From the NCBI RefSeq assembly GCF_011045215.1, contig NZ_CP049201.1: a DNA stretch of 64,000 nt. One strand, 5' to 3'. How positions within the stretch are numbered: position 1 is the first letter of the stretch; each line of letters opens with the position of its first letter. The notes beneath the pieces were generated by a model. That model was not told where the DNA came from. It searched no databases and saw only the letters and a list, made by a program, of their open reading frames with translations. Of this stretch, positions 27,817 through 36,704 are shown one piece after another. This DNA is from Escherichia coli. Lineage in GTDB: Bacteria > Pseudomonadota > Gammaproteobacteria > Enterobacterales > Enterobacteriaceae. Position numbers and translations under genes: made by a program.

Positions 27817-28179
27817 TTAACGACCTGCTGCGCGGAGTTTTCCGTCAGGTTCACCGGCAAGAGTCAGTAATTGTCCCTGGTCTTCCTGCAGAATAGTCAG
27901 GCGACCACCGCGATTGACATACATCGGCGTTTCGGTGGTGTCTTCTTCGGAAATTTTCCCGCGGTTAGTTGGGCGAACATATGAGAGTTTGTGTTTGATT
28001 TTCACACGGTTCTCATCAAACGGTTCGATTTCCAGATTGAGTGAGACCTTCCCTTTGGTTTTCGTGTTCATCACACCGGAAGCGACCTCACTGAGAACTG
28101 CGCCGATTTTGGTTTCAAATACGCCGCCGTCCAGCTCCCCGATAAATGCCTGCACATCAGTACTGCGTTCGCTAGCCAT
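27817..28179 (-). CDS. phage protein of unknown function, YfdP-like (120 aa)
   Basis: start at MASERS... preceded by AGGAG; the longer ORF upstream looks like non-coding extension. Confidence 0.55.
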   Translation of the reverse strand: MASERSTDVQAFIGELDGGVFETKIGAVLSEVASGVMNTKTKGKVSLNLEIEPFDENRVKIKHKLSYVRPTNRGKISEEDTTETPMYVNRGGRLTILQEDQGQLLTLAGEPDGKLRAAGR

Positions 28180-28199
28180 TTTGCTGCTCCTCATCATAT

Positions 28200-28645
28200 C
28201 GACCCTGCAAGGTCGGTTGGTTTCTCCACAAAACAGAGAAGAACACCTGCGGTGGCAGCCGCCCGGATGGATTGGGTTATGAGCCCGTCGTCCGGTGATG
28301 CTCTTCTCTGTTTTGCAAAAAAGGACGGTACCAGCCGGAAGCAAGGGTACAAACTGGTACCGCCAGGACTACACACAGCATAAAGTTGTGGTGCCGGGTG
28401 CCTCCCGGTGCCTGGCGAAGGTTGCACACCAGGCGGGTGGGTATCCACAGAAGGTCGACTGTCAGCCTCAACCTTAACCCGCGTGCGCTGAGCCGCATTC
28501 ACCACAACGCTAAGGATTCTCTCTGGTTGAAAATACTTAGCTGTTATGTGCCTGCTTTTAGCCACATCAGGCGAGGTGGACCTGGTTATTCCCCAACAAC
28601 AAGGATTCGGTTAATCTGGATATCCCCAACAACAATAAGAGTATT
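28200..28645. other. GC-rich structured non-coding block (candidate phage ncRNA or leader); strand unknown
   Basis: nested inverted repeats, e.g. CAAAACAGAGAAGA 28229-28242 / TCTTCTCTGTTTTG 28302-28315, GGTACCAG/CTGGTACC, CGCCAGG/CCTGGCG, AAGGTTG/CAACCTT; direct repeats CCCCAACAACAA at 28591 and 28624; ORFs here are not protein-like. Confidence 0.3.
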
Positions 28646-28649
28646 CAAT

Positions 28650-29165
28650 GTGATCGCTGAATTAACGGCAGCAATGACGGCTATTCGTGAAACAGCCCAG
28701 ATTGCAAAACTAATGAACGAGGCAAAAACTCAAGCTGAAGTAAATGCGGCTATTGGTGAGCTAAACTCAAAGCTTGCGTCTATTCAGCGCGAATGCGTGT
28801 CTCTCGTTGAACTGGTGGGCTCTTATCAAGAAATAAATGCTTCTCTCAAAGCTAAAATTGCAGAATTCGAAAACTTTGAGGCTCAGACGGAAGGCTATAT
28901 CCTTAACCAACTTGAGTCGGGTACTTTTGTATACTCGAAGGAGGTAATCGTGAACGGTGGCAGCATAACCATGCATCTTTGCCCAAAATGTTTTGGACAA
29001 AAGATAGTATCGATACTTCAACCATTCCCGGTTAGCGAAGATGAGCTTTTTCATAAAAGCAGGTGCCTCCACTGTGAAAATAAGTTTCTGATGAATAAAA
29101 ATCCGGATTACGTATCGCCTCCATCCATTGAGGAGTTGTCCAGAAAACTTAACGGCAATCTGTAG
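28650..29165 (+). CDS. orphan coiled-coil / zinc-ribbon protein (about 165-171 aa), function unknown
   Basis: GTG 28650 (AAGAG upstream) or ATG 28674; coiled-coil-like N-terminal half; CPKC...(18)...CLHC motif; own terminator; between early-left operon and cI. Confidence 0.55.
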   Translation: MIAELTAAMTAIRETAQIAKLMNEAKTQAEVNAAIGELNSKLASIQRECVSLVELVGSYQEINASLKAKIAEFENFEAQTEGYILNQLESGTFVYSKEVIVNGGSITMHLCPKCFGQKIVSILQPFPVSEDELFHKSRCLHCENKFLMNKNPDYVSPPSIEELSRKLNGNL

Positions 29166-29204
29166 ATTACTACTGTTGTGGATATCCAGATTGTTAAAGA
29201 GCTA

Positions 29205-29229
29205 AGCGTCCTGTAGGGCGCTTTTTTGT
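29205..29229 (+). terminator. rho-independent terminator of the zinc-ribbon gene
   Basis: hairpin AGCGTCCTGTAGGGCGCT followed by TTTTTTG. Confidence 0.6.
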
Positions 29230-29393
29230 TGCTAACGAATCATCCTGGACTTCATATGCCCCAGGCGGCTACTTCCTGGGCGTCCTGCCTGTTCGTTTTT
29301 GACATTTACTGACTGCTTACGACACATGCACCGTGTTGCAACCAGATTTTGTTGTAATCCTGTAGTTGGTCTGGAACAAAAGATAAAATTAAA

Positions 29394-29430
29394 TTGCGAG
29401 ATATGCAAGTAATGTTTGCGAAATATGCAA
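29394..29430. promoter_or_regulatory. two 15-bp operator-like palindromes (TTGCGAGATATGCAA, TTGCGAAATATGCAA)
   Basis: same TTGCG-N5-GCAA family as sites between cI and cro. Confidence 0.4.
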
Positions 29431-29440
29431 ATTTATAGGT

Positions 29441-29464
29441 AATAAAAAGCCACCTTTCGGTGGC
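29441..29464 (-). terminator. rho-independent terminator downstream of cI
   Basis: hairpin GCCACCGAAAGGTGGC followed by TTTTTATT on the minus strand. Confidence 0.55.
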
Positions 29465-29484
29465 CGATGGATGGGATATTGAGG

Positions 29485-30177
29485 TTAATTATGTCTCTTA
29501 AGGGTTTGCGACTGACTGATTAAGACCTTTCCAAAGACCATGAATCGGTGTTCGTTTTCGCTAGTAATTCCCCATTCACGGTAAATCTGGTTATCAGAAA
29601 TCACCAGCAGTTTGTCAGGAATCATTTGAAGTCTTTTAACGTATATTTTGTCATCAAAACCAAAGACATATATACCATCACCATCAAACTGATTGATGCT
29701 GACATCAACGAAGATGAGATCTCCTGGCTCAATGGTTGGACACATACTGTCCCCACGAACGTTGATAACTTTGATGTGATTGGCTGGTCGTCCGCCGAAC
29801 ATTGATACAGCATTATCAGTTCTGTATTCGATGGCATGAATCACATCAATGACATCACCGCCCTGGATAAGGCCATTTCCCGCACTGGCACTGATATCCA
29901 GCATTTCAATACGGAACACATCCTTCACCTGCGCAACATCCTCATTATTACTGTTTTTATATACAGTATTACTTTTGTGGGCAGAGGTAAAGAGATCAGC
30001 AATATCAACACCTAAGCTCTTGGCAATATTACTCAGTGTTTGTTCGGTAAATTGTTTTTGCTTACCCGTTTCTAAGCGCGAGATGTTCGCCGCATCTACT
30101 CCTATTGCTTCAGCGAGATCGGCGATTTTCATGTTCTTCGCTTGGCGAAGTTGTCTGACTCGGTTTCCTATGTTCAT
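29485..30177 (-). CDS. phage CI-type repressor (XRE HTH plus S24 LexA-like peptidase domain)
   Basis: 230 aa; N-terminal HTH; C-terminal region with GDSM and a conserved Lys typical of S24 autopeptidases; divergent from cro. Confidence 0.8.
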   Translation of the reverse strand: MNIGNRVRQLRQAKNMKIADLAEAIGVDAANISRLETGKQKQFTEQTLSNIAKSLGVDIADLFTSAHKSNTVYKNSNNEDVAQVKDVFRIEMLDISASAGNGLIQGGDVIDVIHAIEYRTDNAVSMFGGRPANHIKVINVRGDSMCPTIEPGDLIFVDVSINQFDGDGIYVFGFDDKIYVKRLQMIPDKLLVISDNQIYREWGITSENEHRFMVFGKVLISQSQTLKRHN

Positions 30178-30197
30178 GCGTTTATTACATTTCTTTA

Positions 30198-30260
30198 TTG
30201 CGTGATAAGCAAATCAACTTGCGCAAAATAATTGCGTGAAATAACATGCATAACGCGCAA
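30198..30260. promoter_or_regulatory. OR-like operator/promoter region between cI and cro
   Basis: TTGCGTGATAAGCAA (30198-30212), TTGCGCAA, and reverse-complement site ATGCATAACGCGCAA (30246-30260) in the 97-bp divergent intergenic region. Confidence 0.5.
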
Positions 30261-30274
30261 TATTTGGAGGGCAT

Positions 30275-30535
30275 ATGCAATCACCATTACGAAATGTGCG
30301 TAAGGCGCATGGTTTCACTTTGCAGCATGTTGCTGCGGGTGTTCAAGTCAATCCAGCGACGTTGAGTCGTATTGAGAGGCTGGAGCAGATTCCATCTATC
30401 GAGCTTGCAGAACGTTTAGCCAATTTTTTTAAGGGTGAAGTCAGCGAAATGCAGATTCTTTATCCGGCACGTTTTCAATCTAGCCAAAACCAGAATGGGT
30501 TTAAACCACAGGAACAGGAGGTGAACCGTGGGTAA
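30275..30535 (+). CDS. Cro-like HTH regulator
   Basis: 86 aa; HTH GFTLQHVAAGVQVNPATLSRIER; divergent from cI. Confidence 0.7.
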   Translation: MQSPLRNVRKAHGFTLQHVAAGVQVNPATLSRIERLEQIPSIELAERLANFFKGEVSEMQILYPARFQSSQNQNGFKPQEQEVNRG

Positions 30536-31079
30536 GCATCACTGGAAAGTAGAAAAACAGCCTGAGTGGTACGTGAAAGCTGTCAGAAAAACTATCGCAG
30601 CGTTGCCGGGGGGGTACGCTGAAGCTGCTGACTGGCTGGATGTAACAGAGAACGCATTATTTAACCGCCTTCGTGCCGATGGCGATCAGATTTTCCCGCT
30701 GGGATGGGCAATGATTTTGCAACGTGCTGGTGGAACTCACTTCATTGCTGACGCTGTGGCGCAGTCTGCAAATGGCGTCTTTGTGTCTCTTCCTGACGTC
30801 GAGGATGTGGACAACGCCGATATTAACCAGCGCCTGCTGGAAGTCATTGAACAGATCGGCAGTTATTCAAAACAGATTCGTTCAGCAATTGAAGACGGTG
30901 TAGTGGAACCGCATGAGAAGACAGCAATTAACGACGAGCTGTACCTCTCAATTTCGAAGCTGCAGGAGCATGCAGCACTGGTCTACAAAATTTTTTGCAT
31001 TTCAGAAAGTAATGACGCCCGCGAGTGTGCAGCTCCGGGCGCCGTGGCGTGTCGTGACTGTGGAGAAACTAACGCATGA
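30528..31079 (+). CDS. phage CII-like regulatory protein (CP76-type)
   Basis: 183 aa; position after cro; family assignment from memory. Confidence 0.45.
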   Translation: MGKHHWKVEKQPEWYVKAVRKTIAALPGGYAEAADWLDVTENALFNRLRADGDQIFPLGWAMILQRAGGTHFIADAVAQSANGVFVSLPDVEDVDNADINQRLLEVIEQIGSYSKQIRSAIEDGVVEPHEKTAINDELYLSISKLQEHAALVYKIFCISESNDARECAAPGAVACRDCGETNA

Positions 31080-31434
31080 ACAGTTTAACAACACACTACC
31101 GTCGCTCGCAACTGATTGCGCTTCCTGTACCGGGTGGAAAAGCGAAGGTGGAGTATTGCTATGCAGTAAATGTACCAGGTGACAGGGAAATTGTAACCCA
31201 CAGCTTTGCAGAGTGGGCTGTGGGTGATTTCAACCGGCAGAAGGAGACAGTCCTTTGCGACAAGTTAACCGCTGGTTCAAAGATCACTACGGAGTGCCCG
31301 TCAGAGTCATTCGTTGGGAGCCGGAAACACAACGTGTTATCTACCTCCGCGAAGGCTATGAGCATGAGTGCTTCAGCCCGCTCGAACAGTTTCGTCGTAA
31401 ATTCAGGGAAATAGAGGTCGGTCATGAGCACTAA
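31076..31434 (+). pseudogene. phage gene with apparent frameshift
   Basis: protein-like translation switches between two reading frames near 31230-31260; 3' part ends overlapping the next start. Confidence 0.35.
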
Positions 31435-31787
31435 ATTAACCGGCTATGTATGGGATGGTTGCGCTGCATCAGGCATGAAATTATCCAGCGTGGCAATTAT
31501 GGCCCGCCTGGCTGATTTCAGTAATGACGAAGGTGTGTGCTGGCCATCAATTGAAACCATTGCCCGCCAGATTGGCGCGGGGATGAGTACCGTCAGAACG
31601 GCTATCGCACGGCTGGAAGCAGAAGGCTGGTTAACGCGTAAGGCGCGTCGCCAGGGTACCGTCGTGCCGCAACCGTGTGGATGGCGGCATTCCGTGAAAG
31701 CCACTCCCAGCCAGAACGAAACAATTTTCTGGCGCGTCGTGAGCGGTGCTTACGGAAAAGCAGCAAGCGCGCTGCATCGGGTGAAGA
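31424..31787 (+). pseudogene. replication-associated HTH protein, probable remnant
   Basis: N-terminal ~90 aa resemble phage replication-initiator HTH domains; rest of the ORF to 32089 is low-complexity Gly/Arg-rich and overlaps the next gene in another frame. Confidence 0.3.
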
Positions 31788-32147
31788 GTGGTATCTGTCA
31801 GGGAATTACGTGGGGGCTTAATGACGACGTTAACTCAATGCCAGCAGCAGGTGCTGGATATGCTGATTTCTTACCAGAAAGAACGTGGCTTCCCGCCAAC
31901 CAATCAGGAGGTGGCTACCATGCTGGGATACCGTTCAGTGAATGCAGCGGTGGAGCATCTTCGCGCACTGGAGAAAAAAGGCGTCATCACGATAAAGCGT
32001 GGCGTGGCCCGGGGCATCACGCTTCATACCGCGGTGAAGGACGACGACAGCGAGGTGGCCGGGATTATCCGCGCACTGCTTGCTGGTGAGGAAAACGCCA
32101 GGCTGCGTGCAGCCCACTGGTTACATGAGAGGGGGCTGAAAGTATGA
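31788..32147 (+). CDS. winged-helix DNA-binding protein (LexA N-terminal-like)
   Basis: GTG 31788 or ATG 31821; stop coupled to rusA start. Confidence 0.45.
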   Translation: MVSVRELRGGLMTTLTQCQQQVLDMLISYQKERGFPPTNQEVATMLGYRSVNAAVEHLRALEKKGVITIKRGVARGITLHTAVKDDDSEVAGIIRALLAGEENARLRAAHWLHERGLKV

Positions 32148-32521
32148 AGCTGATTCTGCCTTTTCCACCCAGCGTGAACACCTACTGGCGACACCCCAAC
32201 AAAGGGGCATTTGCTGGTAAGAGCCTGATAAGCGCGGCGGGGCGAAAATTCCAGAGTGCGGCGTGCACAGCAATAGTTGAGCAGTTACGTCGTCTGCCGA
32301 AACCAACGTCGGCACCTGCTTCAGTGGAGATCGTGTTGTTTCCTCCGGATAACCGGATCCGCGATCTGGACAACTATAACAAGGCGCTGTTTGACGCCCT
32401 GACCCACGCGGGTGTGTGGGAAGACGACAGCCAGGTGAAAAGAATGCTGGTGGAGTGGGGACCGGTTATCCCGGAAACGGATGTTGCGGGTTGTTGTTCT
32501 GCGGGTTCTGTTCTTCGTTGA
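32144..32521 (+). CDS. rusA: RusA-family Holliday-junction resolvase
   Basis: 125 aa; conserved RDLDN...ALFDALT...DD motifs; C-terminal tail atypical. Confidence 0.65.
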   Translation: MKLILPFPPSVNTYWRHPNKGAFAGKSLISAAGRKFQSAACTAIVEQLRRLPKPTSAPASVEIVLFPPDNRIRDLDNYNKALFDALTHAGVWEDDSQVKRMLVEWGPVIPETDVAGCCSAGSVLR

Positions 32522-32723
32522 CATGAGGTTGCCCCGTATTCAGTTTCGCTGATTTGTATTGTCTGAAGTTGTTTTTACGTTAAGTTGATGCAGATCAATT
32601 AATACGATACCTGCGTCATAATTGATTATTTGACGTGGTTTGATGGCGTAGATGCACGTTGTGACATGTAGATGATAATTATTATCATTTTGCGGGTCCT
32701 TTCCGGCGATCCGACATGTTACG

Positions 32724-32735
32724 GGGCGGCGACCT
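32724..32735. other. lambda-type cohesive end site cosN, with cosB-like sequence to 32912
   Basis: GGGCGGCGACCT followed by CGCGGGTTTTCGCTATTTATGAAAATTTTCCGG, matching the remembered lambda left end, directly upstream of Nu1. Confidence 0.8.
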
Positions 32736-32912
32736 CGCGGGTTTTCGCTATTTATGAAAATTTTCCGGTTTAAGGCGTTTCCGTTCTTCTTCGTCGTAAC
32801 TTAATGTTTTTATTTAAAATACCCCCTGAAAAGAAAGGAAACGACAGGTGCTGAAAGCGAGCTTTTTGGCCTCTGTCGTTTCCTTTCTCTGTTTTTGGCC
32901 GTGGAATGAACA

Positions 32913-33458
32913 ATGGAAGTCAACAAAAAGCAGCTGGCTGACATTTTCGGTGCGAGTATCCGTACCATTCAGAACTGGCAGGAACAGGGAATGCCCGTTC
33001 TGCGAGGCGGTGGCAAGGGTAATGAGGTGCTTTATGACTCTGCCGCCGTCATAAAATGGTATGCCGAAAGGGATGCTGAAATTGAGAACGAAAAGCTGCG
33101 CCGGGAGGTTGAAGAACTGCGGCAGGCCAGCGAGACAGATCTCCAGCCAGGGACTATTGAGTACGAACGCCATCGACTTACGCGTGCGCAGGCCGACGCA
33201 CAGGAGCTGAAAAATGCCAGAGACTCCGCTGAAGTGGTGGAAACCGCATTCTGTACTTTCGTGCTGTCGCGGATCGCAGGTGAAATTGCCAGTATTCTCG
33301 ACGGGATCCCCCTGTCGGTGCAGCGGCGTTTTCCGGAACTGGAAAACCGACATGTTGATTTCCTGAAACGGGATATCATCAAAGCCATGAACAAAGCAGC
33401 CGCGCTGGATGAACTGATACCGGGGTTGCTGAGTGAATATATCGAACAGTCAGGTTAA
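32913..33458 (+). CDS. nohD: terminase small subunit Nu1 homologue
   Basis: 181 aa, near-identical to remembered lambda Nu1 (MEVNKKQLADIFGASIRTIQNWQEQGMPV...). Confidence 0.9.
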   Translation: MEVNKKQLADIFGASIRTIQNWQEQGMPVLRGGGKGNEVLYDSAAVIKWYAERDAEIENEKLRREVEELRQASETDLQPGTIEYERHRLTRAQADAQELKNARDSAEVVETAFCTFVLSRIAGEIASILDGIPLSVQRRFPELENRHVDFLKRDIIKAMNKAAALDELIPGLLSEYIEQSG

Positions 33459-34324
33459 CAGGCTGCGGCATTTTGTCCGCGCCGGGCTTCGCTCACTGTT
33501 CAGGCCGGAGCCACAGACCGCCGTTGAATGGGCGGATGCCAATTACTATCTCCCAAAAGAATCCGCATACCAGGAAGGGCGCTGGGAAACACTGCCCTTT
33601 CAGAGGGCCATCATGAATGCGATGGGCAGTGACTACATCCGCGAGGTGAATGTGGTGAAGTCTGCCCGTGTTGGTTATTCCAAAATGCTGCTGGGTGTTT
33701 ATGCCTACTTCATAGAGCATAAGCAGCGCAATACCCTTATCTGGTTGCCGACGGATGGTGATGCCGAGAACTTTATGAAAACCCACGTTGAGCCGACTAT
33801 TCGTGATATTCCGTCGCTGCTGGCGCTGGCCCCGTGGTATGGCAAAAAGCACCGGGATAACACGCTCACCATGAAGCGTTTCACCAATGGGCGTGGCTTC
33901 TGGTGCCTGGGCGGTAAAGCGGCAAAAAACTACCGTGAAAAGTCAGTGGATGTGGCGGGTTATGATGAACTTGCTGCCTTTGATGAGGATATTGAACAGG
34001 AAGGCTCTCCGACGTTCCTGGGCGATAAGCGTATTGAAGGCTCGGTCTGGCCAAAGTCCATCCGTGGCTCCACGCCCAAAGTGAGAGGCACCTGCCAGAT
34101 TGAGCGTGCAGCCAGTGAATCCCCGCATTTTATGCGTTTTCATGTTGCCTGCCCGCATTGCGGGGAGGAGCAGTATCTTAAATTTGGCGACAAAGAGACG
34201 CCGTTTGGCCTCAAATGGACGCCGGATGACCCCTCCAGCGTGTTTTATCTCTGCGAGCATAATGCCTGCGTCATCCGCCAGCAGGAGCTGGACTTTACTG
34301 ATGCCCGTTATATCTGCGAAAAGA
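33433..34324 (+). pseudogene. terminase large subunit (lambda A) N-terminal ~297 codons, truncated
   Basis: matches lambda A up to ...YICEKTGIW, then diverges into junk; junction near 34324. Confidence 0.8.
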
Positions 34325-34364
34325 CCGGGATCTGGAGGGGAATACCAACATCGCCGGTGTCACG

Positions 34365-34823
34365 GTGGTGTTCCGGGCAGGTGAACAGGAGCAGACACCG
34401 CCGGAGGGATTTGAATCCTCCGGATCCGAGACGGTGCTGGGTACGGAAGTGAAATACGACACGCCGATCACCCGGACCATCACGTCTGCAAACATCGACC
34501 GTCTGCGCTTTACCTTCGGTGTGCAGGCACTGGTGGAAACCACCTCAAAGGGGGACCGGAATCCATCGGAAGTCCGCCTGCTGGTTCAGATACAACGTAA
34601 CGGTGGCTGGGTGACGGAAAAAGACATCACCATTAAGGGCAAAACCACCTCGCAGTATCTGACCTCGGTGGTGGTGGGTAACCTGCCGCCGCGCCCGTTT
34701 AATATCCGGATGCGCAGGATGACGCCGGACAGCACCACAGACCAGCTGCAGAACAAAACGCTCTGGTCGTCATACACCGAAATCATCGATGTGAAACAGT
34801 GCTACCTTCTGCCCGTAAGGTGA
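34365..34823 (+). pseudogene. internal fragment of tail tip protein J
   Basis: translation ...GTEVKYDTPITRTITSANIDRLRFTFGVQALVETTSKGDRNPSEV... matches the middle of lambda J. Confidence 0.75.
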
Positions 34824-36004
34824 ATGGTAAGGCGCTTTCAGCGGATATAACACTGACGCCGAAAGATATTGGTACGCTTAACTCAACAACAATGTCATTC
34901 AGCGGTGGTGCTGGTTGGTTCAAATTAGCAACGGTAACCATGCCACAGGCGAGTTCTGTTGTTTCAATTACGTTGATTGGTGGAGCTGGATTTAACGTGG
35001 GGTCACCTCAACAGGCAGGTATATCTGAACTTGTTTTGCGTGCAGGTAATGGTAATCCGAAGGGGATTACTGGTGCTTTATGGCAGCGCACATCGACAGG
35101 GTTTACAAATTTTGCCTGGGTCAATACATCTGGTGATACTTACGATATTTACGTTGCAATCGGAAATTATGCGACTGGTGTAAATATTCAATGGGATTAT
35201 ACCAGTAATGCCAGCGTGACGATTCATACGTCACCAGCATATTCTGCTAATAAGCCGGAAGGGTTAACGGACGGTACAGTTTATTCACTCTATACGCCAT
35301 CAGAACAGTTTTATCCGCCTGGCGCACCAATCCCGTGGCCATCAGATACCGTTCCGTCTGGCTATGCCCTGATGCAGGGGCAGACTTTTGACAAATCTGC
35401 CTACCCGAAACTTGCAGTCGCTTATCCGTCAGGCGTGATCCCTGATATGCGTGGCTGGACGATTAAGGGCAAGCCCGCCAGTGGTCGTGCCGTATTGTCT
35501 CAGGAACAGGACGGCATTAAATCGCATACCCACAGCGCCAGCGCATCCAGTACGGATTTGGGTACGAAAACCACATCGTCGTTTGATTACGGAACCAAAT
35601 CCACGAATAACACCGGGGCGCATACCCATAGTATTAGCGGGACTGCAAATAGTGCCGGTGCGCACCAACACAAGAGTTCCGGTGCATTTGGTGGCACGAA
35701 CACGAGCATTTTTCCTAATGGTTATACTGCGATTTCAAATCCAAGCGCGGGGATTATGAGCACAACAAGCGGTACTGGCCAGACTCGTAATGCAGGGAAG
35801 ACATCATCAGATGGTGCTCATACCCACTCACTGTCCGGCACTGCTGCAAGCGCAGGTGCACACGCACATACTGTCGGTATTGGTGCTCATACGCACTCCG
35901 TTGCGATTGGTTCACATGGACACACCATCACCGTTAACGCTGCTGGTAACGCGGAAAACACCGTCAAAAACATCGCATTTAACTATATTGTGAGGCTTGC
36001 ATAA
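34799..36004 (+). CDS. side tail fibre protein, C-terminal portion (Stf-like)
   Basis: 401 aa; Gly/Ser/Thr/His-rich repeats (GAHTHS, GAHQHK, GAHAHT) typical of tail-fibre C-termini; followed by tfa. Confidence 0.6.
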   Translation: MLPSARKVNGKALSADITLTPKDIGTLNSTTMSFSGGAGWFKLATVTMPQASSVVSITLIGGAGFNVGSPQQAGISELVLRAGNGNPKGITGALWQRTSTGFTNFAWVNTSGDTYDIYVAIGNYATGVNIQWDYTSNASVTIHTSPAYSANKPEGLTDGTVYSLYTPSEQFYPPGAPIPWPSDTVPSGYALMQGQTFDKSAYPKLAVAYPSGVIPDMRGWTIKGKPASGRAVLSQEQDGIKSHTHSASASSTDLGTKTTSSFDYGTKSTNNTGAHTHSISGTANSAGAHQHKSSGAFGGTNTSIFPNGYTAISNPSAGIMSTTSGTGQTRNAGKTSSDGAHTHSLSGTAASAGAHAHTVGIGAHTHSVAIGSHGHTITVNAAGNAENTVKNIAFNYIVRLA

Positions 36005-36585
36005 TGGCATTCAGAATGAGTGAACAACCACGGACCATAAAAATTTATAATCTGCTGGCCGGAACTAATGAATTTATTGGTGAAGGTGACGCATATATTC
36101 CACCTCATACAGGTCTGCCAGCAAACAGTACCGATATTGCACCGCCAGATATTCCGGCAGGCTTCGTGGCTGTTTTCAACAGTGATGAGGCATCGTGGCA
36201 TCTTGTTGAAGACCATCGGGGTAAAACGGTTTATGACGTGGCTTCCGGCGACGCGTTATTTATTTCTGAACTCGGCTTATTACCGGAAAATGTCACCTGG
36301 TTATCCCCGGAAGGGGAGTTTCAGAAGTGGAACGGCACAGCCTGGGTGAAAGATGCAGAAGCAGAAAAACTGTTCCGGATCCGGGAGGCGGAAGAAACAA
36401 AAAACAACCTGATGCAGGTAGCCAGTGAGCATATTGCGCCACTTCAGGATGCTGTAGATCTGGAAATCGCAACGGAGGAAGAAAACTCGTTGCTGGAAGC
36501 CTGGAAGAAGTATCGGGTGTTGCTGAACCGTGTTGATACATCAACTGCACCTGATATTGAGTGGCCTGTAATACCAGAAGTTTAA
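36004..36585 (+). CDS. tail fibre assembly protein (Tfa)
   Basis: 193 aa; stop/start overlap with stf. Confidence 0.75.
   Translation: MAFRMSEQPRTIKIYNLLAGTNEFIGEGDAYIPPHTGLPANSTDIAPPDIPAGFVAVFNSDEASWHLVEDHRGKTVYDVASGDALFISELGLLPENVTWLSPEGEFQKWNGTAWVKDAEAEKLFRIREAEETKNNLMQVASEHIAPLQDAVDLEIATEEENSLLEAWKKYRVLLNRVDTSTAPDIEWPVIPEV
36424..36548. repeat. direct repeat copy 1 (3' end of tfa)
   Basis: about 90 percent identical to 40254-40380. Confidence 0.7.
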
Positions 36586-36590
36586 AATAA

Positions 36591-36616
36591 AAGCCCGCTT
36601 AAAATATCGCGGGCTT
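36591..36616. terminator. bidirectional hairpin terminator between tfa and the catalase operon
   Basis: AAGCCCGC-TTAAAATAT-CGCGGGCTT. Confidence 0.55.
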
Positions 36617-36704
36617 CGAAATATAAATGTATTTTCAGAGGCTAGAGCTTAGGATATCTCAGCGGCAATTAACTTATGAGGGATAGCTAAATACCAGAAG
36701 ATAA

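Noticed and set aside
28194-28565. 123-aa and 73-aa minus-strand ORFs and a 60-aa plus-strand ORF in the structured block
   Set aside because: Translations are Pro/Arg/Gly-rich low complexity with no start context; likely artefacts of GC-rich sequence.
28200-28600. HK022 put-like antitermination RNA
   Set aside because: No second copy after cro, where the next gene overlaps the cro stop, and the region is far longer than put elements.
28200-28645. Retron msr/msd ncRNA, suggested by the long flanking inverted repeats
   Set aside because: No reverse transcriptase ORF anywhere nearby; the adjacent protein has no RT motifs. Kept only as a generic structured-RNA candidate.
28560-29165. Type III toxin-antitoxin (ToxI-like repeat RNA plus ToxN-like ~170-aa toxin)
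   Set aside because: Only two short direct repeats rather than a tandem array, and the protein has a zinc ribbon and coiled coil, unlike ToxN/AbiQ endoribonucleases.
31788-32089. Continuation of the replication HTH ORF (31424-32089) as a real 221-aa protein
   Set aside because: Beyond about residue 90 the translation is Gly/Arg-rich junk and overlaps a better winged-helix ORF in another frame; treated as a remnant.
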